NCBI RefSeq assembly: GCF_000143415.4
Contig: NW_003314298.1
Coordinates: 1,147,250 to 1,211,249 of the forward strand
Reading direction: 5' to 3'
Source: Selaginella moellendorffii
Taxonomy: Eukaryota > Plantae > Lycopodiophyta
DNA length: 64,000 nt
This document shows positions 12,502 through 23,800 of the stretch, one piece after another. Numbering within the stretch: position 1 is the first letter of the stretch; the number at the start of each line of letters is the position of its first letter. The notes below the pieces were generated by a model that saw only the letters and a list, made by a program, of their open reading frames with translations, was not told where the DNA came from and made no database searches. The position numbers and the translations under genes are program-made.

Positions 12502-13932
12502 ATGGATTCAGACCAAGAAAACAGCTCTAGTGGCCCCTCGGGGAGCCTGTTGGAGAGCCTTGGAGCGGAGCTCGTGTCCATCCTTGCTCCAGTCTCGGCG
12601 TGCATGCTCTTTGTCGTCCTTCTGGTAAGAGCCCTCGTCGTTAACAGCAGCCAGCTCCAAGCTCCCGCCATAGCCCTCGTTATCTATGCCGAGGACCCCT
12701 CCGACTCCACCTCCGAGAAGCTCGGAGGTGCTCTCCTCAACGCCCTCGTCTTTGTAGCATTCGTCACAGCCGCTACGTTTTTGCTTGTGGGTCTCTTCTA
12801 TCTTCGCTGCACCAAGTGCCTCAGGCTCTATGTTTCCTTCTCGATCTTCAATGTCCTCGTCTACCTTGGTGCTGCTCTCGGTGTGCTCTTTGTCCAGACT
12901 TACTCCCTCCCGGTTGACGTGATCACCTTCTCGGTGGTGATCTTTAACTTTGGAGTGGTCGGGGTGCTTGTGGCGTTTCCTGTGATGCCTGTCCCGATCA
13001 TCTTCACTCAGGGGTACTTGGTCCTCATTGGTATGCTCACCGCTTTCTGGTTTACCTTCCTTCCCGAGTGGACTACCTGGTTCCTTTTGGTGGCTATGGC
13101 GTTGTATGACATTGCTGCGGTCTTGCTGCCTGGAGGTCCTCTCAACATGCTTCTGGAGCTGGCCAGCAAGAGAGAGGAAGAGCTACCAGCGCTGGTATAC
13201 GAGTCCCGCCCCGTGGTGCGTCCCGGCCAGCAAGGCTCCCAGTCGAGACGGTGGAGGAGACGAGTTGTGGTAGCAGCGTCTCCAAGTACCTCAGCCGAGA
13301 CAGCTCCGTCGAGAACATCGCTCTTTGCAAGGATCTTCGGCTACAGGGTCGTCAGCCCGTATCAGACTGTTAGCATGGAAGCACCTCAGCGAGCAGAGAT
13401 TTTGCAAGCTCCAGAAGAAGAGGCAGTCGAAACAAGTCCTGGAGAGGCTGGGGATGGAGCTGGAGCTCCAGGGAACAGGGACAGGGATCCAGCGGAAGAA
13501 GCCATTCCTCTGATGAGCAGGCACGTAGATCACAGGATGGAAACACTCAGTGCTTTCATGGCAAACGAGGAGAGAGCCGCGGGGGCTATACACGACGAAC
13601 TTCGCGAGCTTAACAACGATGGCAGTGAGGGTGGCGAGCTCGGAAGGATTGAGTCCGTGACAGAAGGTGGGATCAAGCTGGGACTCGGCGACTTTATATT
13701 CTATAGCGTGCTGGTTGGACGAGCAGCGATGTTTGATCTCATGACCGTGTGGGCCTGCTACTTGGCCATCGTTGCGGGGCTTGGTGCCACTTTGGCGCTC
13801 CTCGCAGTGTGGAGGCGCGCTCTTCCGGCACTCCCTATATCCATCTCGCTGGGCGTCGTTTTTTATTTCCTCACGAGGCTTGTATTGGAGCCATATGTTT
13901 TGCAGCTAGACACTCGCCTTGTGTTTTTTTAA
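12502..13932 (+). CDS. PSEN: Presenilin (gamma-secretase catalytic subunit), single coding exon
   Basis: Multi-TM ORF with catalytic motifs ALYD, KLGLGDFIFYS and PALPISI. ATG at 12502 is preceded by a GT-AG intron at 12444-12495. Confidence 0.95.
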   Translation: MDSDQENSSSGPSGSLLESLGAELVSILAPVSACMLFVVLLVRALVVNSSQLQAPAIALVIYAEDPSDSTSEKLGGALLNALVFVAFVTAATFLLVGLFYLRCTKCLRLYVSFSIFNVLVYLGAALGVLFVQTYSLPVDVITFSVVIFNFGVVGVLVAFPVMPVPIIFTQGYLVLIGMLTAFWFTFLPEWTTWFLLVAMALYDIAAVLLPGGPLNMLLELASKREEELPALVYESRPVVRPGQQGSQSRRWRRRVVVAASPSTSAETAPSRTSLFARIFGYRVVSPYQTVSMEAPQRAEILQAPEEEAVETSPGEAGDGAGAPGNRDRDPAEEAIPLMSRHVDHRMETLSAFMANEERAAGAIHDELRELNNDGSEGGELGRIESVTEGGIKLGLGDFIFYSVLVGRAAMFDLMTVWACYLAIVAGLGATLALLAVWRRALPALPISISLGVVFYFLTRLVLEPYVLQLDTRLVFF

Positions 13933-13978
13933 CTTATTATTAATCCTATAAACTCACTGAGAAAAAAAGAATGTGAAA

Positions 13979-15019
13979 ATGTTTCCCCAAAATAACAGAG
14001 ATTTAACTACTATAATAATTAATTTATTGTTAACGTTTGTGTTACTAATGGTTAAAGAGGCATTTAGTTTATCTCCTGCAGATTTATTTGTATACAAAAC
14101 TTATGGGGATTTACACATGGCCAGAGAGACCTCCATGGCTGAGTTGTTAGTTTCCTTACGAAGAAATTTGTGGAATAGATTTCCGTATTCAATTGATGGA
14201 GCTTTTGGAACCACTCCAGTTGGTTCATCACATGCATACCAAGTTTGGGTTAAAGATAGTGGTCCTTTCATAATAAAGTTTTGGGTATTTGGCCCCATGA
14301 GTGACATGGGTTATGAATGTGGATATGATCCTAATAATCTACCTCTTATTTATAATTATATTATTTCAAGTACCATAGAAGGGTTTATATACATGACTTG
14401 GAAAGAAATAGTGACAAATGGTGCTTCTTATTTTTCTGGTGTGATTGATAATTTGGGAGTTCAGTTTTCACTACGGGATTATGATGGCTATCATCACAGA
14501 CCATATGGATTAACCCATCAGAATAAATCATCTAATACATTTGGCATAATTACTTTAGAAAATATACATGAGTATTTAAAAAATCAGACAGAGCTACAAG
14601 AGAAAACTTGTAATCCTTTCACAAGTATTCTCTCAAGTTCATACTATAGGGCACCAAATGAATACCTGGCTGAAGGAAAATTTTTGCAGGCTCAAGATAG
14701 GCATATTTTCTTTATTGTTTTGACAGATTGCAAACTTGTACTGGTTATGAATGGACATGTATACATTATTTATGATCCTAAATTAGGAGTTTATTATACT
14801 TTTTGTGAGCTTCATATGCAACAAGATGGAAATTTAGTTTTATATAGTTCTACAATGTATCCTCGTTGAAGCACTGCTACAAATTGTGAGCCAAGTAAAA
14901 GTTGTCAAGCTCCATCTTATTTAATTCTTCAAAATGATTGTAACTTAGTTTTATATAGACATGGTGATCCACCATTATCAACATGGGACTCTAAAACAAA
15001 TTGTAAATATTTCCAATAA
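13979..15019 (+). pseudogene. Secreted unknown-domain + bulb-type lectin gene, copy 1, with an in-frame TGA at 14867-14869
   Basis: Near-identical to copy 2. TGG(W) in copy 2 is TGA here, and the frame continues intact to TAA at 15019. Confidence 0.8.
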
Positions 15020-15129
15020 GAAATTTTTATATTCATTAATTATTATTATTTATTTTATTAAATGGTTGATATATTAAAAAAGTAATATGTATTAAATGGT
15101 AAAATAAATTCTGGTTGATCTATGGATTA

Positions 15130-15735
15130 GATGCCTTCTGGTTTACTTTCTTATCCCATTTGATAACAAGGGAAGCTCTCACCACTAGTATACAAGTTAT
15201 AGTGGGTTCCCAATCAAGTGTGGTAACAACATCTCCAAGTATCTTAGCCAAGGGAACTCTGTCAAGAAGCTCACTCTTTGCAAAGGTTAAGGTGTAAACC
15301 CAATATAAACTCTCAGCATGGAACTTCCTTGGCAAGCAGAGGCAGTGATATCACCAGAGACAAGTTCCAGAAGAGACTGGGAATGGAGGTGGAGCTTTAG
15401 GGATCAGGAACAGGACTCAAGAGGAAGAATTGCGCTCTCCTTGTCGCCTGCTCAACAGGTATTATACACAATGAACTGCATGAGCTTAACAATAATGGCA
15501 GCAAGGGTGGCAAGCTTGGGAAGACAACATGTAACTTTATATTCTATAGATGGTTGGATGAGTAGCAATGTTTGATCTCATGATTGTGTGGGTCTGTTAC
15601 TTGGCCATTGTTGCTGGGCCTAGTGCCACTTGGTGCTCCTTGCAGTGTGGAGTGGTGTTGTGTATTATTTCCTCACAAGGCTTGTTTTGGTGCCATTTTC
15701 TTACAGCTAGACACTTGTCTCATGTTTGTATTTAA
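15130..15735 (+). pseudogene. Decayed duplicate of the presenilin 3' half
   Basis: Colinear with ~13050-13932, e.g. ttctggtttac, tctccaagta, actttatattctatag, atgtttgatctcatga, acttggccat, cagctagacact. Contains deletions and many CG>TG/CA changes. Confidence 0.88.
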
Positions 15736-15791
15736 TTTTTAATTTATTTTATTATATTCATCTATATAACCAAGAAAAATATAAAAAATAA

Positions 15792-16832
15792 ATGAAAATG
15801 TTTCATTTGATATTCCAAGATTTAATAATTGAGTTGTTATTGCTAATCTTTGGATTACTAATAGTTAAAGAGGCACTTAGTTTATCTCCTGCAGATTTAC
15901 TTGTATACAAAAATTATGGGGACTTACACATGGCTAGAGAGACCTCCATGGCTGAGTTGCTAGTCTCCTTACGAAGAAATTTGTGGAATAGATTTCCATA
16001 TTCAATCGATGGAGCTTTGGAAGCCACTCCAGTTGGTTCATCTCATGCATACCAAGTTTGGGTTAAAGATAGTGGTCCTTTTGTAATAAAGTTTTGGGTT
16101 TTTGGCCCCATGAGTGACATGGGTTATGAATGTGGATATGATCCTAATAATCTACCTCTTATTTATAATTATATTATTTCAAGTACCATAGAAGGGTTCA
16201 TATATATGACTTGGAAAGAAATAGTGACAAATGGTGCTTCTTATTTTTCTGGTGTGATTGATAATTTGGGAGTTCAGTTTTCACTACGGGATTATGATGG
16301 CTATCGTCACAGACCATATGGATTAACCCATCAGAATAAATCATCTAATACATTTGGCATAATTACTTTAGAAAATATACATGAGTATTTAAAAAATCAG
16401 ACAGAGCTACAAGAGAAAACTTGTAATCCTTTCACAAGTATTCTCTCAAGTTCATACTATAGGGCACCAAATGAATACCTGGCTGAAGGAAAATTTTTGC
16501 AGGCTCAAGATAGGCATATTTTCTTTATTGTTTTGACAGATTGCAAACTTGTACTGGTTATGAATGGACATGTATACATTATTTATGATCCTAAATTAGG
16601 AGTTTATTATACTTTTTGTGAGCTTCATATGCAACAAGATGGAAATTTAGTTTTATATAGTTCTACAATGTATCCTCGTTGGAGCACTGCTACAAATTGT
16701 GAGCCAAGTAAAAGTTGTCAAGCTCCATCTTATTTAATTCTTCAAAATGATTGTAACTTAGTTTTATATAGACATGGTGATCCACCATTATCAACATGGG
16801 ATTCTAAGACAAATTGTAAATATTTTGAGTAG
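15792..16832 (+). CDS. 346-aa secreted protein: signal peptide + ~190-aa unassigned domain + C-terminal bulb-type (GNA/B-type) mannose-binding lectin domain, copy 2
   Basis: Hydrophobic N-terminus LIIELLLLIFGLLIVKEALS. QxDxNxVxY motifs QQDGNLVLY and QNDCNLVLY plus degenerate LTDCKLVLV. Intronless and AT-rich. Confidence 0.85.
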   Translation: MKMFHLIFQDLIIELLLLIFGLLIVKEALSLSPADLLVYKNYGDLHMARETSMAELLVSLRRNLWNRFPYSIDGALEATPVGSSHAYQVWVKDSGPFVIKFWVFGPMSDMGYECGYDPNNLPLIYNYIISSTIEGFIYMTWKEIVTNGASYFSGVIDNLGVQFSLRDYDGYRHRPYGLTHQNKSSNTFGIITLENIHEYLKNQTELQEKTCNPFTSILSSSYYRAPNEYLAEGKFLQAQDRHIFFIVLTDCKLVLVMNGHVYIIYDPKLGVYYTFCELHMQQDGNLVLYSSTMYPRWSTATNCEPSKSCQAPSYLILQNDCNLVLYRHGDPPLSTWDSKTNCKYFE

Positions 16833-18784
16833 ATATTTATAAAATGAAGAAATTATATATTATTTAAAATACAGATAATTATTCTTAAAAAAAAATTCTT
16901 CTAATGTTTGAAGCCCTATGATATTGGTTTTTTTTTTGCCACATTTTTAATTTGAAGTGTAAAGCTCAAATAATTAATCTGATGATTTTAATTTTGGTTT
17001 TAAGTTTGTAAGATCTATAATTATATATACATATATATTTACTAGGTCATACACTAAATATGGTAATATAGCATATGCACCATCCATTTTGGATTGAATC
17101 TATTCCATCCATGCTTGATATAAGCAAGGGTTTAAACCCCAATTAATGTATCTATTCCTATATCCCAAACATTTACATTTGTGGAGGTGAGGGGCACTAC
17201 AATTTATCTCTAAAGAGCCAAGCTTTTTAGTAGTGCTTTACTTAGTGTTTGGGTTTATGTTTTTAGTTCTTATTCCTTTGTTCTTTTTCATATTAACTTT
17301 TTTCTAAATCTAGAATTCTCACTATTGTTATGCTTAGATTTTCTTTTTCTTTTGATTTTTATTACCTCTCTTCTAATATGCACATTATCATCGATCAAAA
17401 AGTGTCACTTGAGGCTACTGATGCTACTCTATTGAATCGAACTTTTGATGCTACTCCATTGAATTGAGCTTTTGATATTATAAGGTGTGATCATATTTGT
17501 ATTATGCCCATCCTTGATGTGTTGCCGTCACCAATATAGTGTTTCTTGTTCTAATATCTTGTTATCTCCCATTGAGATGGAGTGTGATCATAACATTAAT
17601 TGGAGAGGTATGAATGATGCAATTTGGTTTTTATAAAATGTTTAAAGATCAAGTTTATGGGAAGACAATGTGTACAGAATGAATTTTAGATTGTGATAAG
17701 AAACTTGATTATTATGGAAGTAACTTTTAAAATGAGTTGAAGATGTTATTTGGTAGGTGTCAATTCTTCAATTTGCCATATAATCTTTTCTCTTTGTTTT
17801 TGTTTTTTTCCAAGCCTTTTGTATTTCTTTGTTTAAGCCACATTTTCATGTTTCTAGTGCTTTGTCCTCATTTAAAGTATTTCCTTCTCCTGACACATCT
17901 ATCATTTATGACTTATGATTCTCATTTTTAATCCGACATTGAATTGAGTGTTTTCTATCCTCCTTATATGATGTTAAGTGTGTGTGTGAAGCCAAGAATT
18001 TTGGTTTTGTTTTGTTAGCAAAGTTTTTGATCAATTCTAGTGTTGAATATTCCTTTATTCCAAGGGTTAAGTCACTTTTTTTAGAGCTTCAGGTTAAATA
18101 TATTTCCTCAATTGTAACTACTACTGAAAATTTTTGTTTTATTATTATTGCTAAGGAGTTCTTTTGTTCCCTTGAAAATATAGAGTTTTTCTTTGATTTT
18201 CCTGTTTTAAGTGTTGAGTTTGATATTAAGGAAATTGATGTAAGCTTCTGAATTTGGACTTCTAAAAGGTCACCTTCCTCATTATTATTTAAATCTAAGG
18301 ACACTTAACTTAAAATATCCCAAAACCCTGTTACTTTTTATATTTGAACCCCATAGATCATTTATCAAATCATTTTCTTTAGTTACTTACAATTCATCAT
18401 AAGCTTTTAAATTTAAATTTATTAAGAGGTCACTTAGTCCAATACTACTCAAACTCAAGGATATTTAACCTTAAGTATCCTAAAACTTTTAACCGATTAA
18501 AAAAGCAGGTGCAATTTTATTCATAGGCCCTTTCCTTTAATATTTGAACCTTATAAATTGTTTTTTCTCAAGTCATTTTTTTTTGTTGCTTACAATTGAG
18601 CATATGGAGTCTTTTGTTTATCTTATAAAGTTTTTTATAATAGGAGGTCTTATATTCTTTAAGTTTTTAGCATATTTCCTTCTTTTTATTTTCCCTATTT
18701 TTACTTTGACAATTATTGAAAATTCCTCTTCTAATGTTTCTTTATCCACTTTTTTTTCTTTTCACAATATTTTTTTCTCGATAA

Positions 18785-19299
18785 AATACTTTGAGATTAT
18801 TTGGATACATTTGTTGTCCTATATATTGATGATGTTCTAGTCTTTAGTAAAATGTTGGAGGATCATTTGAAACACTTGGAGCTAGTGTTTTAGAAGTTGC
18901 ATGAACACAAACTATATGCTAAGGAAAATAAATGTGCTTTTGGACAATTACACATGAACTTTCTTGGACATATAGTTGGTTGTGGCATAATTGAGTTGGA
19001 TTTAAAAAAGGTGGAAGTGGTGAAGCCTTAGGAAGTCCCAACCACTATATTAGATATTTATCCTTTCTCGGTTTAGCAGGATACTATCATAAGTTTGTTT
19101 GCAATTTTGTAAGTATTGCTCTTTTGTTGACTAAGTTAACAAAGAGTAGTATACCATTTTATTGGACACCAGCTTGTCAATGTTCTTTTGTGCAATTGAA
19201 GGAGATTTTGACTATAGTTCATGTTCTCAAAATCCCAGATTTTGATAAACCCTTCGAAGTGCATTGTGGCTATGCTATAGGTGCCATGTTGCAATGAGA
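18785..19299 (+). mobile_element. Decayed Ty3/gypsy RT-RNaseH fragment
   Basis: Reads DYLDTFVVLYIDDVLVFSKMLEDHLKHLELVF*KLHEHKLYAKENKCAFG...FLGHIV...PDFDKPFEVHC, with stops and frameshifts. Confidence 0.85.
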
Positions 19300-20813
19300 T
19301 GTACGCAACCAAAGGGAACGACTCGAGAGACGATCCATAGGGGTTCAAATATAAAGAGAAAGGGCCCATGAACAAGAGTGCACCCCTTTTTCCAATCGGT
19401 TAAGGGTCTTGGGATACTTGGAGTTAAGCGTCCTTGAGTTTGAATAATACTGGGCTAGGTGACGTCCCGGGAAGTCCAAACTCAGGAGCTTACACAAGAC
19501 CGGGGCCGGGTCCGGGTCTGGGTCCGGGTCCAAGTCCGAGAGGGTGAAAGCCCAAAGTGTTCGCCTCCCAGACCCTGGGGGGTTTGGTGAGCTTCAAAAG
19601 TATAGTAAGGGGGAGGACTGCAGTGGAGCCAACAAGCGGGGTAGCTTGGTGAAGTATTCCAGAGTCGGCTCTAGTTCCCCTAGGAGATCGACTGGCCGAT
19701 GCTCCCAGTCCAAGTGTGGGTGGCACTACCTACTTGGATACCTGGCGTGGCTCAATGGAACCTCGCTAAACTTTGTCCCAAAGTCCTAAACTAGGGAAAG
19801 GAGAAGGAGTAGTCCTCTAGTGTAGTGACTAAGGATATAGTCATATGGTGAGGAAGTCCTAGAGGACAATAGGACTTAGTGGCCAGGCCTGCGGGCCTTG
19901 ATCTAGTGGCAGTGTTGGTGAACATGGCCATGGACGGAAGAGGGACTTGGCAAGAACTAACAAAGGGATGTTGGGGAAAGCTATTCCCATGTCTGTGGGC
20001 ATCCTAAGGATGCTAAGGAGTGGATCTGGGGTGACCACTTGTGGACGGATGGCCTAGTCTTGGAGAGACGGGATTGTGATGCAAGTGGTATTGGACCACC
20101 AGTGCGACAAAGGTGAATGGGCATGGCCTTAGCGTAACCTCGCTCTAAGCCCATGGCTAGAGCATCTAAAGGCAGAAGGTGGGGAGAGTACCCACGGGGC
20201 TCGTGTAGGGCCATGGTGTTCCGAAATGTTGTCCCAAAGTCCCAAACTAGGGAAAGGAGAAGGAGTAGTCCTCTAGTGTAGTGACTAAGGATATGGTCAT
20301 ATGGTGAGGAAGTCCCAGAGGACAATAGGACTTAGTGGCCAGGCCTGCGGGCCTTGATCTAGTGGCAATGTTGGTGAACATGGCCATGGACGGAAGAGGG
20401 ACTTGGCAGGAACTGACAAAGGGATATTGGGGAAAGCTATTCCCATGTCTGTGGGCATCCTAAGGATGCTAAGGAGTGGATCTGGGGTGACCACTTGTGG
20501 ACGGATGGCCTAGTCTTGGAGAGACGGGATTGTGATGCAAGTGGTATTGGACCACCAGTGCGACAAAGGTGAATGGGCATGGCCTTAGCGTAACGGGCCG
20601 ATATGTCAGTGGTACCTTTGGGTGTCGGTTTTGGGACTGGACACGTGGAGCACTTGGACCAAGTGTAAGGGATGAGTGGCATGGATGCCATTCTCGGGAC
20701 TAGCAGGTCCCAAGTCCTGAATTGGACTTAAGAAGGTTGTGAATGAGACTCCTCCAAGTGGTCAGAGGTGTGGTTAAGTGACTAAAGTAGAATGGAAAAT
20801 TTAGTCGCTTACA
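19300..20813 (+). mobile_element. LTR of family B (variant with a different 5' part and an internal duplication)
   Basis: From ~19500 on it is colinear with 30600-31662 and ends ...gtcgcttaca. 19773-20136 is repeated at 20228-20593. No TSD found, and the left boundary is approximate. Confidence 0.75.
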
Positions 20814-23800
20814 TTGGTGTGGAAGGTGTGGATAAATGGAAAATCAAGAAAGAGTTAAGAACACACAACCATTATCATTTCATGGTGAGGAACAATATTT
20901 TATTAATAAATATTACATCCACAAGTGCTGAATATGGTATTTTTAGGCCATCCTACTGAAAATTCTAGCTACTAATAATTCTTACACTATGATATTATCC
21001 ATCCCCCCCCCCCCCCTCTCACCTTTTTTTTATTAACAAAATTGTATGACCTATAAATAATAAACTCATAATACTAGTAATTATGAAATTTGACAAACTG
21101 ACACTGTAACTCTGTCATCTCTGACACTGACACTATCTTTGTCACTAACACTATCACTGTCACTATCTGCTACACTAACATTGTCACTATCACAATCATT
21201 ATCACATTGATATGTGATATATCTTTCTCATTGCAAGTGGATGCATTCAATTGTCTTTTAATGTATCATTAATAAATAGATTTTTCATACCACTCCTCAA
21301 TTTACACATTGCATATGATGCCATGCATACCTAGGAAGACTTCTAGAAAACTAAATATATATTGTATATAAGTTTTTAAAACATCATAAATTACCTCCTA
21401 GAAGCAACTGATAGAGAAGGACGAAAACCTCTAAGACGGCATTTGAAGAACTCATATTCTTCAATCGCAAACACTGATCTACCAGAGTCACATGCTGCCT
21501 CGACCATCGAACCACTACCTGCTGTGCAATCGATGACAACACCCCTAGTTGGTGTTGCGAATGTGATTTCGAGTATCGAAAGTTACCTATTGGCCAGTCC
21601 TTATTGACATTTTTTCCTTATTGTCACGATGGCAGGAAGTCGGTATTGCTGGTTTCCTTTGTTAGCCCCTCTTGTCCAAGTGTTAGTAAACTGAGGTAGA
21701 AATTCCTATGTGTTTCTAGCTGAGCATTTTCGGCTTGGCTTTTAATTCTCATTTGCTCTGTCTTGCACTGGCTTGACAAGAACCCCACGTATTGAGATTA
21801 GTCCCTCAATATCGTTGGATGATAGCTTATTGTGTCTGCCAAACACCCTCGCTATCATGCCCTTTGTGTTAGTCTCATTTTAGTCCCAAATGCTATTTAT
21901 GGAAAGTGTTTAGATTCGCTTATTTGGCACATCTCTGGAATGTAGAGGTTGTTCTAAACACAATGGTGTTTGTCCCGTGTCCAAATTCACAATCTAGGAA
22001 CATTCCATATTTAGTAAGTTTCAAGTTTGTCCCAAAGACTAACTGCTGATACTAAAGGAGGCTTGGGGTGAAAGCCCAAAGCGTGTGTTCCGGGGGGGGG
22101 GGGGGGGGGGGGGGGGGGTTTTCCAAATGTATAGTAAGGATAGTGTGTAGGGTGGGCATGGCTGACCAACCTGAGGCACAGTTTAACTCTTGCTTGCGTG
22201 CCTATCCTTGTTCTGCGTCTGGTTTGGGTCTAAGCTCAAGCTCCACACTATGCTAGTTGGTGGAGTACCCATATCCTCGTGTTAGGCCACCGGTATGCCG
22301 AAATAGCACCAGACTCTATTTGGCTCCGTTTTGCGTGCTGGTTCTAGCATTGGGATGTTAGATGCTCTAGGACTATTCCAAGTCGCTCCGTGCTCCTATC
22401 CCTTTGCTCCTTGGGCTATATGCTCAGGAGTTTCTCTGTGGTTCAATTCCTTCACTCCTTGGTTCTATGCTTGGGAGTTTGGCATTGTTCCTTCATTCAG
22501 TGGCCCAAGGCCCTGAAACTTGGATTCCACACCACTGTCCTTTGGACACGTGGCACATGGAGGGTTTAAGTTCTACTTCATGGTTATCCTATGGTAAATC
22601 ACTATAGGATAAAGGGTAAAAACCACGTGTACTACATTTGGTATCAGAGGATGAGTCTCGGCGAATATTATCTAATGCGATTGGGCAACTAGTCTCATTG
22701 CATATGTAGAGATGAAAACGGTCATCCGAGTGGGTACACATTTGGGTGTAAAGGCTTTGCAATGGTTCATTGGGTACGGATTTGGTTACCTTTTTGTTCC
22801 ATACTATGTGAGCTTGTGCTTGGGCTCATAAGAGGGATTGAGTTGTTCCATTCGCATGAGTTTGTGCTTGGGCTCGTGAGTAAGGCATATTAGCACGAGT
22901 TTGCGCTTGGGGTTGTGAGTGAGGCACATTAGCAACTCAAGATTGCACTTTGAGTTGGCAGGATTAATGTTAGCCTGTCGATGGTTCCATGAGTTGTTCC
23001 TTGTACCGCGAGTTGAAAGTAAACCTCCCCTGGGTTTACTATGAATGGCAAATAGGCTAGTTCATAGTTGTTTAGCATGACACTAATGGATCCTTCTTAG
23101 GCATGATTATAAGTGAATCAATCAAGATTATAAGGATTAGTCTATTGATTTAAGTAATCATTGCCGTGCTCTCTCATAAACTTTCCTTAGATTGGATTGA
23201 AGGCAGTGTGAAAGCAAGCTTGAGGTTTAGTCAAAGATGAGACAAAAAAGAGAGTTATTAGGGACGACAGATAAAAAACATAAATCATTTTTTCTTTTTG
23301 GAGATATGATTTGCAACGAGGTGTGACTCATTACTCGTGTTCATAGTATGCAATCAAGAGTCCCTACCTTGATGCATGTTGGAAGTGATAGTCTTACAAG
23401 TGGTGAGTCGTGGGGTGGATAGCGGTGAAGTGATAAACCATATTGTCTAAGCTTGCTATTAGAAGACTTGGGTTACAATGCTCAATTCTTTTCTAGAGAA
23501 CCTTGCTATTGCTCTTTAAGTAGTTAGGTGTTGGATTAGTTTTGAGTTTAGTCGGATAGAGAGTGGCATGAGCTTGTCTGTGTTGTGAACAAAAGTTGGT
23601 GGTATTTGGTGTTATAAATCTTTATTAGTGGAGTGTGGTATTTATATTGCATTTTATCGAATCAAGTTGGCACTTGATATTCACATAAACATTTGAAGTA
23701 ATGACATGGGCATTGCTCGTAGTGTTGCTCAATGGATGATCAAGTCATTGTGATACTTATATCATATCCATGTGATAATGAGCAATGTGTTTACGAAGTT

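Noticed and set aside
15785-15795. TAAATG at the lectin start resembling a poxvirus-type late promoter
   Set aside because: Too short to be significant in AT-rich DNA, and not present in copy 1.
22040-22085. Possible hammerhead ribozyme/retrozyme in the LTR (ctgatac...gaaa)
   Set aside because: The core CUGANGA is absent and I could not build the three stems.
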